Shown here: positions 42,422 through 55,673 of the stretch, piece by piece
Layout: every line of letters starts with the position of its first letter
Position numbering within the stretch: position 1 is the stretch's first letter
Assembly: GCA_020137815.1 (NCBI GenBank)
Contig: CM035354.1
Location: 3,348,001-3,412,000 of the forward strand
Direction: 5' to 3'
DNA from: Hormiphora californensis
Taxonomy: Eukaryota > Animalia > Ctenophora
DNA: 64,000 nucleotides
Made by a program: the position numbers and the translations under genes
The notes under the pieces: model-generated
Databases searched by the model: none
What the model was told of the DNA's origin: nothing
Seen by the model: the letters and a program-made list of their open reading frames with translations, nothing else

Positions 42422-42815
42422 GACGTCACGTGTCACGTGACCAGACAAGGGGGGGTCTACCAGAGGGGATCTACCAGACAGGGGGTCTACCAAGTGGTGG
42501 GATATGTGCAGGTGAGCACTGGGGCTCTATATTTCCCTCGCTGTCACATACTAAATGGAGGAGTGAGGACATTACAAAATAAATAATATTCTCTGGAAAA
42601 GGACAACAGAGAAAATGCAGTCCAGATGTAACAAGTAGCATGGGTCTCAAATTAGTAGTGGACTGGTACAACGCACGGAAGCAGCAATTTGTCAAAATTC
42701 AATTCGATAATTTACACAACAACAACAAACACACGCATCAATAATAATATTATTCGTTTTCCCCTCTCCCTCCCTGCAACAGGATATGTATTATGTACAT
42801 TACACATAATGTGCA

Positions 42816-45122
42816 TTACACTGCATCAAGAGGAATTCCCAGAGATTTCCGGACAGTTTTATCCGTTTCCGCTAGAAACCTTTCACGGTTATCCCTCCAC
42901 ATTTTACAGGCGTCAATGTTTGCTCCACTTTCTGGGTTAGGTTCCGCTGGGGAATAATTTGGTTGTGAAATTGAGGTTCTGTGACTATTTCTCATACAGA
43001 TTTGTTCTACCTAAACTGTGAGCAAGTAAATAAAACTAGCAAAAATTCAGCAACTTTCAGACATGTATTGACTTGTCCAGACTGTCTGGAGACTGGAGTA
43101 TGGCCTCCAACAGTGCGAGATAGTACAGCAAAGACAGAATGAGAGGCAGTGAGCTAAATGACATTAACCTAACTAAAGTTAATCTACATAACTAGGGTAA
43201 ACCGGGGCAATTCGAACAACCGGGGCAATTCGAACATAGTACTGCCCGTCTCTCACCTAGTTAAGCTATCATAATGACGTCATCCTATCTCCAGAAGAAA
43301 ACTGCTCGTTCGAGCCTGCCCGTTACCACTAAATAGGCTCTAGATCCGGTTTAAGTTGGTCAATTTCCGATTTGAAAAAACCAGCTGAAAGCTAATAATA
43401 TCAGCTTTCAGATGGTATAAAAATTATTTAAATATTCGCATGTTTTCATTCCAAATTCTGGTAAATTAAGATTACCGGGGCAATTCGAACAACCGGGGCA
43501 ATTCGAACATGGGCAATTTGGTTAACACACCGGGGCAATTTGGTTAACTCCCGGGCCAATGATGTGCAGTTCTTTGTACCACGTGATCACGCGTGATACC
43601 GGGGCAATTCGAACAAGAACGACCAGCGTGTAGATTGCGTGTAGATTACATTGTTCGAATTGCCCCCACCTCTAACAACACCAGGCGGGAATCTTCTTCT
43701 GGTGTTGTGAGGACGTTCACGTGACTCCCACGTGACGAAATAAAGCACTCCTATTGGTGTTGTCCGAATTGCCCCGGTACAATTTTTCCGACCAAAATTT
43801 TTAAATTAGTTATTTAGTTAAGTAAATGATGGTCCCTAGAGTTGAAATTTATCTTATTTGAAAGATAAAATAATGAACTTTAATCCTATATAATTTTTTT
43901 CATTGTATCTTTTTTTAAATGGGAGTGAGAACCGATTAAGTAAAAAGTTAACCATTTTGCCCCGGTTTACCCTACAGCAATTTAGACAGCAGTATGTTGT
44001 TACTATTATTACGTGTTGTATAACACACACGTCATCTGTAATTAACACACAAGAGAGATACAAGAGAGATACACTGTAGTATTGTGTACATCCTACATCG
44101 ATATAAGCAGATATAAGAAGGGTTTATCGTACTATATTTAACCGCTTTATCATGCTAATTGCATGTTGTATACACTGACTAAAATATGAATTTTAGTAGA
44201 AATCTAAAGACCTATAATACTCACTATTGATCATTAATTACTAGATAGTGTACAATCTATCAGCCCCTCCCGTCTCACTCACCTAACATGCTGATAACAG
44301 AGAGCAGTATTTTCTCGACACTCTGTACGGGTGACCACCGTTCTGCACTACTCTCATACCCCAGGGGGTCTTCACCGGGAGGGTGGAGGATACTGATACA
44401 CACCTGCAGGAAGAGAGTTTGTAATGTTTTTATCGGGGGATTTGATAACTGTAGAAAAAGAGAATTTGTAAGTTTTTATCGGGGGATTTGATAACTGCAG
44501 AAAGAAACTCGAGACTGGTTCTCTTATCCCTCAGATCTGGTGCACCAGGATTTAAAATACACCGGTTCTAGAGTTGAAAACTAACAACAAGTGCCTTGTT
44601 CAACCCTGTCTAACCGCACACAAATTTAAAGGAAGATAACAACAAGTGCCCACGTAACTTGGTTACGAAGTCACCCCTGTTATCATATTGTGAGCTATTA
44701 TAACGCGGAGGAGTAATTTCATTACCAACCACATACCTTTCCGCACGTGTAAACGTTAGGATGGAACATGACACAGGTGAAGGTCATCTTGGGAGGACTG
44801 AGAGGGTAGTCAATGGGGAATGTGAGGCGGGCAGGGAACACCCCGAACTCGTAGGGTGAGCCTTCTGGTCCCTGTTGGAAGGAGGGAGAAGGTTATTATC
44901 AAACAGTCCCTGGTGTAGTTAGAATTAAAACAGATCTCTAGATATATAATGCAACAATATCTCTGCTAAATGAAGAGATCACACTGTATTATGTACCTGT
45001 ATGAGAACGTCCCATTCAAAGAAGTTGTCCTCGGATGCAGGACCTGCTACTACCCCATGGGGAGCGTTGTTAAATAGTTCCCTGTACTCTGTCATTAGTC
45101 TTCGTAGCGCCGAACCCGCCAT
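42816..45122 (-). CDS. UBE2G2: Ubiquitin-conjugating enzyme E2 G2 (Ubc7); 4 exons (~45122-44998, 44872-44737, 44403-44283, 42947-42816)
   Basis: [118 protein letters not shown]. Confidence 0.95.
43195..43972. mobile_element. TA-flanked MITE with repeated subterminal ccggggcaattcgaaca motifs, in a UBE2G2 intron
   Basis: ta|gggtaaaccggggcaa ... ttgccccggtttaccc|ta. Confidence 0.8.
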
Positions 45123-45311
45123 TAGTGAGATACCGCTACAAAACCGTGTAATTTTAGCTTTATAATAATAATAATAATAAATTATGACATCAATGTCATC
45201 TCATATATTTTCTCAAACTTTCTTTACCCTATTCAACTTCATAACCTTCAAAGAGTTAAAATAAATATATTTATCTCTTACATAACATCTTATTTAAATC
45301 ACTTCTGAATT

Positions 45312-48269
45312 TCAATATACGTTGATTCCTTTGCATTTGGCAAATTTAGGATTAGAAATCATATAATTCACGTAGGCATCACGCCCGTCAGCACGTAGTT
45401 TATCATAAATCAATGAGCTAAGCTCCCAGAATTGGCCATTGGAAGGTAAACCAGCTGATGTAATCCCCACCTTGTACTTCTCCAAACGGGCTTTGAAAGC
45501 ATTTACTGATGGGGCTTCTTTCACTGTCGCAGGTAGCTTGTTCCAGTAATTGGCACATCTGTTAAAAAGCACAGAGTCACCCTTGGAGTCTTTCAGGATG
45601 TTTGCACCACTCCTCGACAAACGAAACAAGTCCTGCCCGTATCGAACCTTTCCAGTGATGATCTTGTATGCCTCGATCAGATCACCCCGCATTCGTCTCT
45701 CTAGGAGAGTTGTAAGTTCAAGTTCCTTCAGTCGCTCTTCATAAGTGAGAAGCCCGATTCCATCAATCAGTCTGGTGAACGATCTCTGAACATCCTCCAA
45801 TTCCATGATCAGCTTCCAGTAACCATGAGATGCTGGAGGATTCCAAATCTGAACTGCATATTCAATGTGCGGTCGAATAATTGTTCTAAATATGTTCAGC
45901 ATGACTTCCTTGCTTCGGCTGATGACATTCCTGGTGACCCATGCTGTGACAGATTTGGCCTTCTTGATGGCAGCCCTGGCGTTTTGATCCCAGTGAAGGT
46001 CACCAGAGGTTCCAACACCAAGGTCCTTCTCATAAGAAACTTCAAGCAGAAGATCCCCGTGCAGATAATACGGAAGATGAGGATTCTTCGCACCAACATG
46101 GAGAACCTTACACTTCCTGTCTTGCACGTTGAACTTCAGGAGCCACTTCCTTTCCCATTCCTGTAGAGCCACGAGATCTTCTTGCGCCACCTGATGATTC
46201 TCCGTACTTGTCACCAGCTTTAGATCGTCTGCAAAGAGAGAGACAAAACTCGATATTCCACCGGGAAGGTCGTTGATGTATAAGAGAAACAAAATTGGGC
46301 CCAGGACTGTGCCCTGGGGCACACCTGACATCACCTCAAAAAGCTCAGAGAAAGTGCTCCCAACTCTGACTGAGAACCGCCGACTCGAGAGAAAACTTTT
46401 TATGATGTTGCATGTTTTTCCTCTGATCCCATATCTCTCCAACTTTATAAGCAACCGTTTGTGTGGGACCGTATCAAATGCCTTTTGAAAGTCAAGGTAG
46501 AGGATGTCAGCACTCCCTCCTGAGCTGAGTATTTCATTAACTCTGTCCATGCACTCAAGTAGATTAGACACGCACGATTTGCCGGGTAGGAAACCATGCT
46601 GCTCTGCAGCAAACAGTGGGGCAGCGAACGAAAGAATATGGTTCCGTAGTATCTTCTCGAAAACCTTAGCCAACACACATGTTAGACTTATAGGACGATA
46701 GTTGGATGCCTTAGCTTTATCGCCCTTTTTATGGAGTGCAGTCACATGTGCTGTTTTCCAAAGTTCAGGGATCGTCTCTGTGTCATAGCACCGCTGAAAT
46801 AGATCTGCAATCAGCTGTACGACAAACCGATTATCTGAAAGAGATTTCAGGAGCTTAGGATGAATTCCGTCCGGTCCGAAGGATTTGCTGATATTCAATT
46901 TTGAGAGGTGATTTTCTACGGTGAAGCGGTCGAAAACAAGGTCTTCGATCACTCGATCAGTTTCCGTTTCGATTGTGAATGTAGGAGGGTCTTCATTGAC
47001 AAAAGTACTGGCGAAGAAAGTCCCGAGCTCGTCTGCCGTTTCCTTTGCAGAGCTGATAACTCGTCCATCAGAGGCTTTTAGCCCTGAAATAGCAGACTTG
47101 ATTTTGCGTTTCCCATTCAGATAGCTGTAGAAACCTTTAGTATTTGACTTGAGATTTCTAGTGATCTTGTACTCATGAGATGAAAGAGCTCTGCGCAGTG
47201 TTGAGCCGAACAACTCCTCCTCACGTAATGCAGCTCTCAAATTCTTGCCAGTTGGAAATTCGTCGAATACAGCCCAACATTTCTCTTTCTTGTTTCGAGC
47301 CCTAACCAAGTACGGCGTGTCCCAGGGAGATTTAGTCTTTATGCAGCCAGTTCTCGTGACACTGATCTTAGTAACAGGCACTGCCTCGGATATGACCGTA
47401 AGGTTTCTCAAAACAAGTCCCCATAGGTCGTCCACTGAGTCAGATGGATCATAATCCCAAAAAAGATTGCTAGCTTCAGTCTGAATCTGCTCCTTGGTAA
47501 TTTTTGACCAATTCCTCTTCTCTGTAGAGATGTAATCACTGTCATTAGCAACTCTCCATGAACTGATAACTCCCACATGATCTGATTTACCCAGAGGTGC
47601 TGTTATCTCGAAACCTTTAAAAATTGTGAGGTCAGAAGTAAGGACGTTATCGAGGGTTGAAGACTGAAGAGTAGAGGAGACGACACGCTGGCGAGTTTTA
47701 ACATCGTCACCGATAACCCACCTGAGGCCATGGTTGACAAAAAAATCTAAAAACAGCTGCTGGATCACATACTTTTGATTACATGTATCTTGCGGGCAAT
47801 TAACCACACCATTATCCCATGAAACATCTGGAAGATTGAAATCCCCCATGAAAATTAGTTCATGATCATTGCACTTTGAATTTACTAAAGCGGACAAGTT
47901 AGTGATCATGTCAACACAGTATGTATACGATGCAGCAGGTGGTCTGTAAACTACAACAACTAAAATATTTACAGCGTCAGTTTTGATTGAAACTGCAACA
48001 GAATCATGGACATTGATTTTGACTTCCTGAGAGATGAGGGTATTATGGACATATATACACGAACCCCCTCCTTTACCAACAGCCCTATCAGTTCTAAATA
48101 GTCTAAAGTTAGGAACTACTACTTCTGCATCGATAACATCATCCCCAAACATTGTTTCTGTAATTCCCAAAATCTTGCAGCCACTTTCCCCCGCTACAAT
48201 GCTCAATTCACTAATCTTATTTTTCAAGTCGTTTGCGTTTGTATAAAAAAGTTTTATGGTACTTTCCAT
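45312..48269 (-). CDS. LINE ORF2: APE endonuclease plus reverse transcriptase (985 aa)
   Basis: YTNA..GITET..GDFN..SDH endonuclease motifs; NYRPISLT, QHGF, YLDFQKAFDTV, SGVPQGTVLGP, FADDLKL, EKDLGV, RRMRGDLIEAYKI (CR1-type). Confidence 0.95.
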   Translation of the reverse strand: MESTIKLFYTNANDLKNKISELSIVAGESGCKILGITETMFGDDVIDAEVVVPNFRLFRTDRAVGKGGGSCIYVHNTLISQEVKINVHDSVAVSIKTDAVNILVVVVYRPPAASYTYCVDMITNLSALVNSKCNDHELIFMGDFNLPDVSWDNGVVNCPQDTCNQKYVIQQLFLDFFVNHGLRWVIGDDVKTRQRVVSSTLQSSTLDNVLTSDLTIFKGFEITAPLGKSDHVGVISSWRVANDSDYISTEKRNWSKITKEQIQTEASNLFWDYDPSDSVDDLWGLVLRNLTVISEAVPVTKISVTRTGCIKTKSPWDTPYLVRARNKKEKCWAVFDEFPTGKNLRAALREEELFGSTLRRALSSHEYKITRNLKSNTKGFYSYLNGKRKIKSAISGLKASDGRVISSAKETADELGTFFASTFVNEDPPTFTIETETDRVIEDLVFDRFTVENHLSKLNISKSFGPDGIHPKLLKSLSDNRFVVQLIADLFQRCYDTETIPELWKTAHVTALHKKGDKAKASNYRPISLTCVLAKVFEKILRNHILSFAAPLFAAEQHGFLPGKSCVSNLLECMDRVNEILSSGGSADILYLDFQKAFDTVPHKRLLIKLERYGIRGKTCNIIKSFLSSRRFSVRVGSTFSELFEVMSGVPQGTVLGPILFLLYINDLPGGISSFVSLFADDLKLVTSTENHQVAQEDLVALQEWERKWLLKFNVQDRKCKVLHVGAKNPHLPYYLHGDLLLEVSYEKDLGVGTSGDLHWDQNARAAIKKAKSVTAWVTRNVISRSKEVMLNIFRTIIRPHIEYAVQIWNPPASHGYWKLIMELEDVQRSFTRLIDGIGLLTYEERLKELELTTLLERRMRGDLIEAYKIITGKVRYGQDLFRLSRSGANILKDSKGDSVLFNRCANYWNKLPATVKEAPSVNAFKARLEKYKVGITSAGLPSNGQFWELSSLIYDKLRADGRDAYVNYMISNPKFAKCKGINVY

Positions 48270-48295
48270 TGAGTATGATTGTAGTCTCTGAGTAG

Positions 48296-49369
48296 CTAGA
48301 TAGTCGCAACGTTGCCGGAGTTTCCCTGAACCGCGAGACGGCTCCTCCTCTTCTGCCTTGCGAGATAGTTGGCCTTCCTCTCCGCCTGGGACAGGTCTGC
48401 ATTTACCCAGTACTGAACATTGTTATTGTCACTGACCTTCTGTCCGTTCCCATACCTATGAATCCTGCTAGCCATCTCTGGTGTCGCAAGACTCAAAATC
48501 AGAGGTCGGGGCTCCTTCCTATCCTTGTTTGATCCTGTACCGAGAGGGGATCCAGGTCGGAAACATCTAATGATGTCCTCCCGGGAGACGTTGTGGTCCT
48601 GCAGGAGCTCAAGAGCAACATTGATGTCACTCTCAGTCCGCTCCTTCACTTCCTTGCAGCTGCTCTCTTCTACATTAGAGATCACGATGTTTCGAGTACG
48701 TCGATCTCGGTCGACCATATTCGCCTCCTGTTTAGCAGCAGTCTGTGATATGATGGCAGACTGGTTCTCTTGAAGTGCTGAACCCAAGCTCTTCTCAAAG
48801 CAAACTTTTGTTTGTTTCTCGATGGCACTGGTCGACTCTTTTAAAACTTCCGCAAACGTCTTTTTCATTTCGGTAGTGTTCATGACCTTTTCCATTGCCT
48901 CTTTAAGGGATCCCTTCACACTGTCCTTCACTGCAGCTTTCACTTCTCCCTTTACTGATACATTCGCTGGATGCTCCTTGATCACCTTCTCCATTCGCTC
49001 GAATCCTTCAGTGATAGATGAATTCGTAGACCGATCCTTCATCATATCCTCTATTCTTTTCAGAGTCTCGCCATTCAAAGAGCTCTCCGTACACTGGGAT
49101 CGGGTTGAGTTCTGGATCTCATCCAGTTTGGTGGTTATATGAAGCCAATAGGTGCTAATGTTCTTCTCCAGTCGATCGATGGTTGCAAAACCATGTGCCG
49201 CTCTCTTCAGTTCAGAGACTGCTTTAATCTGTGCCTCCTTCTCCTTTTTCAAATCTGGTTTATCTTTCGATCTCGTCTCGATCGTGAGAGGCTCCAACAA
49301 TTTGATAACATTTGTAACACACGTATAACATGTCTTTAGGGTTGAGATCTCTTGTTGAAAGAGAGCCAT
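48296..49369 (-). CDS. LINE ORF1: coiled coil plus RRM-like domain (357 aa)
   Basis: DRDRRTRNIVISNVEES, RPLILSL and WVNADLSQAER resemble CR1/L2 ORF1p; lies directly upstream of ORF2. Confidence 0.85.
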   Translation of the reverse strand: MALFQQEISTLKTCYTCVTNVIKLLEPLTIETRSKDKPDLKKEKEAQIKAVSELKRAAHGFATIDRLEKNISTYWLHITTKLDEIQNSTRSQCTESSLNGETLKRIEDMMKDRSTNSSITEGFERMEKVIKEHPANVSVKGEVKAAVKDSVKGSLKEAMEKVMNTTEMKKTFAEVLKESTSAIEKQTKVCFEKSLGSALQENQSAIISQTAAKQEANMVDRDRRTRNIVISNVEESSCKEVKERTESDINVALELLQDHNVSREDIIRCFRPGSPLGTGSNKDRKEPRPLILSLATPEMASRIHRYGNGQKVSDNNNVQYWVNADLSQAERKANYLARQKRRSRLAVQGNSGNVATI

Positions 49370-49677
49370 TTCCTTGCTTCTTGCCCGTGCCGGTGATGGA
49401 TGTTCTCAAATTTCTCGAGGTGCAGATAAGACAAGCAAGCAAAGTAAAGTAGAATTTCAGAAGTGAGTAGAATTTAGTTTTTTAGCGAGTAAAGACACGG
49501 GTATTATAGGGACGAGGGACGTATCACGCAGGTAAAGGAATGTTTTTGGGGAACATTGGGAGAATGAAACACAATGTTCGGTAAATCATTGAAAAAATAA
49601 TATATAAAAAGTTGTAATAAATTAGAACTTTGTCACGCATGTATTATGTGACGTGTGTGTCAGGTTGATTCAACCAA

Positions 49678-52473
49678 TTAGTCCGTCGTTTGTTCATCTG
49701 TTTTTTGTCGCTTTGCCCTCACTCGTTTCGAGTTTCGCACGAGACCCTTTTTAGTTGCCGGCTCCCATGATTTATCCACTTCCTTCTTTTTCCGTCCACT
49801 TCTTACAAACTTCTTTTTAGACTTTTTCACCGCATTTTCTTCCCAGTTTTCATCCTCTTCACTCCTTTCAGCCTCAACTTCTTCAGCCGTCACATGATCA
49901 TTATCAGGGACATCAACTCCATTCTCAGGGACATCAGTCCCGGCTCCATTCTCAGGCCCAACAACCCCGGCCCCATTAGCAACACTCTCAGGTTGTGAAA
50001 TAGTCACCCCAACCAACTCCTCTCCCCTCTTCTTATTAGTCCGGTGAACTCGATGGAAGTGTGAATCCAGTGCGGAATAAGTTTTAAACCGGTGATGACA
50101 TCGCGTACATGAGAACGCCTTTACCGCATCATGATCCTCCATGTGTTTTGTTAGAATTGATAACGTGGTGAAGGATCTGTTGCACTTTTGACATTGCAAT
50201 TTCCGGCCAGCAGGGGTTGAATACTAGGTTGATACTGGTTGGTAGGAGATGGGGTTCAAACGCTTCTGATTTTACTGGTACTGGTGGCATTGGCATCACG
50301 GGGGAAGGGGCTGTGATAAGAGGAGCTGTGATAGCAGGGGCTGTAACAACATGGTGCAGCAGGGGCTGATAACCCTAGAGCCTTGTTTAGTGCTGATGTT
50401 ACTATACTAGCGGTACCAAGTTGTAATTTGGTGTTCTGCTCACTTGGTGGCTGATCAGTCTTCCCTACTTTGTTGCCACAGGTTAGGGAGAATTGTTTGT
50501 GGGACTTTAGTTGGGAGGCATGGGCAAATACTTGGCTGCATGTAGAACACACGTTAGGAGTTCCTGGTAGTGACCTTCGATGTGACTTCATGTGCTGTGG
50601 GGAAAGATTGGTTAGGTACTGCAAGTGAAGTAGGAGAGAGAGAAGAAAAAAGAAAGAAAGAGATAAAGAGAGAGGTAAAGAGAGAGAAACTATCTCAGTT
50701 CTTACCTTATCAAGCATGGATGTGCTGGCAAAGTTAACACAACATACTTTGCAGGGGAACATGAGTTGATCAGGAACCGTGCCAAACATGTGACATTCCA
50801 AATGTGTTGCCAATTCTGCAAAACATATGGTCAGTGATGTAAATCAGGATGATAATCATTACAAATAATAATAATAATAATAATAACTATGTTTGTATTC
50901 CGCCCATATCCGACAGGGACAGAGCAGTAGAACTGTTGCTGTCACTGAAGGATGATCTGAACGGTTAACATACTTGAATAGACCTGCCGACTAATCCTTA
51001 ATATTGCACAAAAAATGGTAAAGAAAAAACAACGGCCCACATAACTATCGGTAACTGAAAACATAACAGACTGAGATAGAGTCCTGGAACTCTAAAAAGA
51101 TGGTTTAAAAGTCCAATAGATAGAAAACACTCGTGCTATGAAAAAACCCAAAACGTGCTTCACACTTCTGCTCGCCACGAGCCAAAATACAGAAAAAATA
51201 AAACAGGTACCAGCTAGAGCACATACCTCAGTAAGATGGAGAGAACACTCCTAGGACAATCAGGATTCACCGAAAGCCTCAATGAAGAGACTAGTCTTGA
51301 GCTTAGACTTGAAAGAGTCCACAGAGTCAATTGCTCTCAGATCAATGGAAAGCTTATTCCAGATTTCAGGCAGATACACCGACGGACGTCTCCTCCTCAA
51401 CTTAGAAGTTGCATTCACACTGGATAGCTTAGGATACCTCAGCTTGAGGCCATCAGGCTGAGCGTTTCCTCTGGTAGTCCGGATCACATGTAGTCCATCA
51501 TCCACAGGGACCTGTTCCTGCAGGTACACTGGAGCCAAGCCATGTACAATCTTGTACGCCATTAAGCAAACCTTGAACTTAACTCGCTGTTCAATCGGGA
51601 GGACGTGCATTTCACTCAAGTAGGGCATGTAACTGTCCTGGTGACCATACAGGCCATACACAAATCTGACACATGAGTTCAGAACTCGCTGCAAGCTATC
51701 CAGGAGCTTCTTTGGTAAGCCAGAATAAAGGACATTACAGTAGTCAAGTCTCGAAACGATGAGTTGCTTCACCAGAAGCATCTTGGTCGGTTTATCCAAA
51801 CATCGGTTAACCTGCCACAAATTCTTGAGAAGCATTCCACATTGCTTCTTAACACTGTTGATCTGCCTTTCCATCGAAATGTTACTGTCAAGGAATACAC
51901 AAATCAAACATACATTATTTTACAGTCCTTTAAATATATTTAATTCTGTTTGTTTACCTTTGCAGTTTGGCAGGTCTTTGTTGCACAGTGAACACATTAC
52001 AGATGCTTGTTGGTCACCGTGTTTACTGTGAATATGGGCCGTCATTTCAGGGAAGGTTTTGAACTCCCAGTGACACACCGGACACGCCGGACACGCCGGT
52101 GTACACTTCTTTCGCTGGCGGTAATCACTATTTGGAGTGTCAATGAAGTTTCCACGAGAAGTGGGGGTATCCAAACATTTGGGCTGAAATAGGAAATATT
52201 AACAAGCGATAAAATGGCAGTGTTTGTTTGATGTTCAAATGAACAGTAGGGTATACTTACTAGTGGCTTTGATGTTGGTAGATTTTCTGCAATAAGTCTT
52301 GTGATCAGCTGCTGGATATCTTTGCAAATGTCACTGTTTTTAGATTTAGCAACGGCCTTGTAAACGATGGGAACAATATCATTACTTATCATTCGTGGTA
52401 GATCAAACTTTAGGAAGTTAATCAGCAGCTCAACATTAAGATCGGTTTGAGTACTCCTCGAGCATCCTGACAT
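49678..52473 (-). CDS. C2H2 zinc-finger protein (about 6 fingers); exons ~52473-51958, 50815-50707, 50595-49678; frameshifts
   Basis: CPVC..HIHSKH, CSLC..HLECH, CKVC..HMKSH, CSTC..H, CQKC..HMEDH, CTRC..HFHRVH. Confidence 0.8.
50864..51907 (-). mobile_element. 5'-truncated L2-clade LINE in the zinc-finger gene intron, with a (TTA)n tail
   Basis: VFLDSNISM..LIVSRLDYCNVLYSGLP..LQRVLNSCVRFV..MHVLPIEQRVKFK..WNKL..FKSKLKT is an L2-type ORF2 C-terminus; tail at 50864-50886. Confidence 0.88.
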
Positions 52474-52559
52474 AGCCTGTACCGGAGAACTTGAGGACCT
52501 ATGGGAGCAATGTTTTGTGTGTTGGCTTCCACTCACAAAATGGAGTTTTATCTGTTATG

Positions 52560-52900
52560 GTCTGAACACGACAAAATAAAGAAACAGATAACAAAAAACA
52601 GAACATCTTTTTTTACAAAACAAAAGATCACAAACAAAAAGTTCGTTCGCGTTTTTGATCTGATTTTTAATTTTTTTAGTTGGCGCGCACTTTTAAGTGC
52701 GCTGCATTTGTAGCGCCGCGCACAATCGGCGCCGCGCGGAGGGAGCTCACGCGAACTAAAAAATCGTCAAAGTTTTGTGAACTCGATTTTTTTCATTTCC
52801 GCGTTCCCGTGTTCCGGTTCCCGTGCGACTGCCGACACGGTAGCTTCTTACGCACATGCCGCATGGTGCTGGTCATTGGTGCCTCCTCGTCGCATATGGG
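52560..52900. promoter_or_regulatory. Putative divergent promoter region (CpG-rich)
   Basis: Lies between the minus-strand zinc-finger gene and the plus-strand gene at 53142; motif shared with 19164-19202. Confidence 0.45.
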
Positions 52901-53141
52901 TTCTCCGTTCTATTTAACAATGATATTTAACAAATTGAATTCCGAATTCGCTGCACGGGAGACCCCGTTGACCCCCTATGCTGACATGGTGCTAAGTGCT
53001 TAGTCCTTACACGACATGACATGTGCTTGGCGATGTCTTATGGCACACATTGAAATATGATTTCAGATTTTGTGTAGACCTCTTACATTGCATTTACGAT
53101 ACAATTCAATTGCCAACTTATTACCCAACCCCAATATCTAG

Positions 53142-54107
53142 ATGGCCATGTTGGCCTATGTCCTCTTGCTCACCTGTGTCATAGCTACATCGAGTGCGGC
53201 AGACTGCTCCTACTCAAACCAGGACACATCTCGGGTTGCAGTGACCCTGACCTCGAGTGGTTCCCCGTCCACTGCACAAGTTATCACAATCGATGTTGGA
53301 CAGTCGATATCCCTCAGGTATATACATCTTTGGGGTAGTTCTTTACAGCTTATTACTATGTGCCGGATTCTATGTGCACAGGTTTTGGGGGCGGGTCGCG
53401 AAGGAGGGGAGGGCGGAAAAGGAGTACCTGAACAACTGAGTTAACTAATTCTTCTCTTCTTTCAGTTGTATTGATGATGTGAATGACTCCTTCAAATACA
53501 ACGTCCTGTCAACTAACCCAACTATGGTATACACCTGTGCGACAGCATCTTCTGATGTCATTTCACTACCCATATGTGCCCGTAAGTAATAAATAATAAT
53601 AAGGTACACCTCCTTTCCAATTACATATTTGATTGCATGAAGTTGAAAATGGTTACTGTCACAAATTCTTCTTGAACAACGATAATTTATTAATTCTTTC
53701 CAACTCATATAAGCCACTGAAGTCATCCACAGCAGTTTTTTTACAATGCAGCTTGATTTTTCAATTACCGATTTAACTAATCGCTGGACCATGTCCATCG
53801 ATCGATCGAGTTTGTGGTTTCTATAATTAGCCAAGGCAATGTAGACCGCTAAACCAAGTATCTGTCACTATGAAATATGAAATATGATCAGTCCCCTCAG
53901 ACATAACCAATCTCACCATCTCTCTTACTATCTTCAACCTCTGATACAGATGTCAGATACCTTTATAGTTTCTCGGTCCACTCTTTCTCTCTGTAGCGGC
54001 CCCCACACTTTCTTTGCAGAAATGACGTAGTATATATAGTGAGAGCGGCGGGTCCAAAGATGGAGCCAACTCAGACAATGAGATCCCGGATATGTGTGCA
54101 CCACGCT

Positions 54108-54191
<84 letters not shown>

Positions 54192-54448
54192 TCTCTCCTC
54201 TATTGGAGCGTCTGTACAGCCATTAAAACATTACCATGCCGTGTGCCCAGGGTTTTTAGAAACATACACACACAACTCCCTATTAGAGCGCTGTCTACCT
54301 TCTTTTCCCAGAAAAGAAGAGAACAATTCAGATACAAACCAGGAAAATTTCCGAGTTTCCCGAGGGATGCTATCATGGGGGGGTCCCATAATCGGAGGAA
54401 AGCACGTGAGGCCGGTTTTAGGTCCATGTGTACCATTATAACCCGGCG

Positions 54449-54479
<31 letters not shown>

Positions 54480-55606
54480 AGAAAGAGAGAGAAGAAGGGG
54501 GAGTAGGCTGATTCAGGATCTTTCTCGCACCCCCTCTCTCTCTCTCAGTCTCACCCTCTCTCTATCTCACCCCCTCTCTCACTATTCTCTGCTGGGTCGC
54601 ACCTGGAGCAGATGTGGACATATAATGGTGGGTAACTCAATACTACGCTCTCTGTGAGTGTGGCATTGAGCTACATTCAGCGATATGAAATCAGTGACCA
54701 TGGTAACCCATGAAAGACTCTTTAACCTCCTCAGTCCTCTTTACTTCAATATTATAGAGTGAGAGAGTCTTTCAGTCGAGGGAAATGAAATGAAATGACT
54801 GTATATGGAAGCATTTTAGGGTTTTAGGATCGAAACATATTATACATCGTGCTCGCCACTAAAAGCTTTTAATCTCGATTACTTTGATGGTTTGAGAAGC
54901 ACTTTAGATCGATGAATCTTAATCTATAAAATATTTTGATCGATTGGACCGTATAAAATTTGTCATCATGCAGACTTATCAGTATTGGACACTATAATGG
55001 AATATAATGATAGATCTGTCTCTACTAGAACAGCCAGGGAACACCCAAGAAGTGCATTTTCATATCTAGGATATGACATTGATCAACCCAAATCACAATA
55101 AAATGCTCCATATTTACCCCTTTTCTAACCCCGACATATTCTCGTCCCTCCTAGCTAAAATCTAAATGCCCCATATATTTACTCCAATATTCTCCCTCCC
55201 AGCTAAGTGCACAAAAACAAAGGATCTCTCTGATTCCCACACATTGTTTCAACTGAAGGATGGCACTGATGTATCCAGTACTACCCTAGCGGATGGGACT
55301 CCAGTAACGGTCAAGTGTTCCGGGACCTACGCTCAACAATTCGGAGAGAGTGCTGAGAGTCTGTGCAGTAGCGATTTATCTGAAGATGTCAAGTGCAAGG
55401 GTAAGTAATAATCCCCCCCTCCTAGAAGACTCCGAGTTCTCCAACCGTTTAATGTTTCTGTTCCGCTCCAAGAAAGCGGCCATCCTTGTTCACTGTTCAA
55501 ATAGAATGGCTACATAACAAGTTCTGTTTTTGAGTTCTTTGAAGCGACTTACACAGAAGACCGGGCTCTTGTTGTTTAGCTGTGATTTAAGCATGCACTT
55601 TCACGC

Positions 55607-55673
<67 letters not shown>

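Larger units (their letters stand above)
45162..49540 (-). mobile_element. Apparently full-length CR1-group non-LTR retrotransposon with a (TTA)n 3' tail; 5' end approximate
   Basis: Two uninterrupted ORFs, a 3' UTR and a trinucleotide tail at 45162-45180. Confidence 0.9.

Noticed and set aside
49404-49415. AATTTGAG in the LINE 5' UTR (and at ~63271 and ~63340) as a spliced-leader copy or SL RNA gene
   Set aside because: It matches only about 8 nt of the leader end as I recall it, with no following GT donor and no convincing SL RNA structure.
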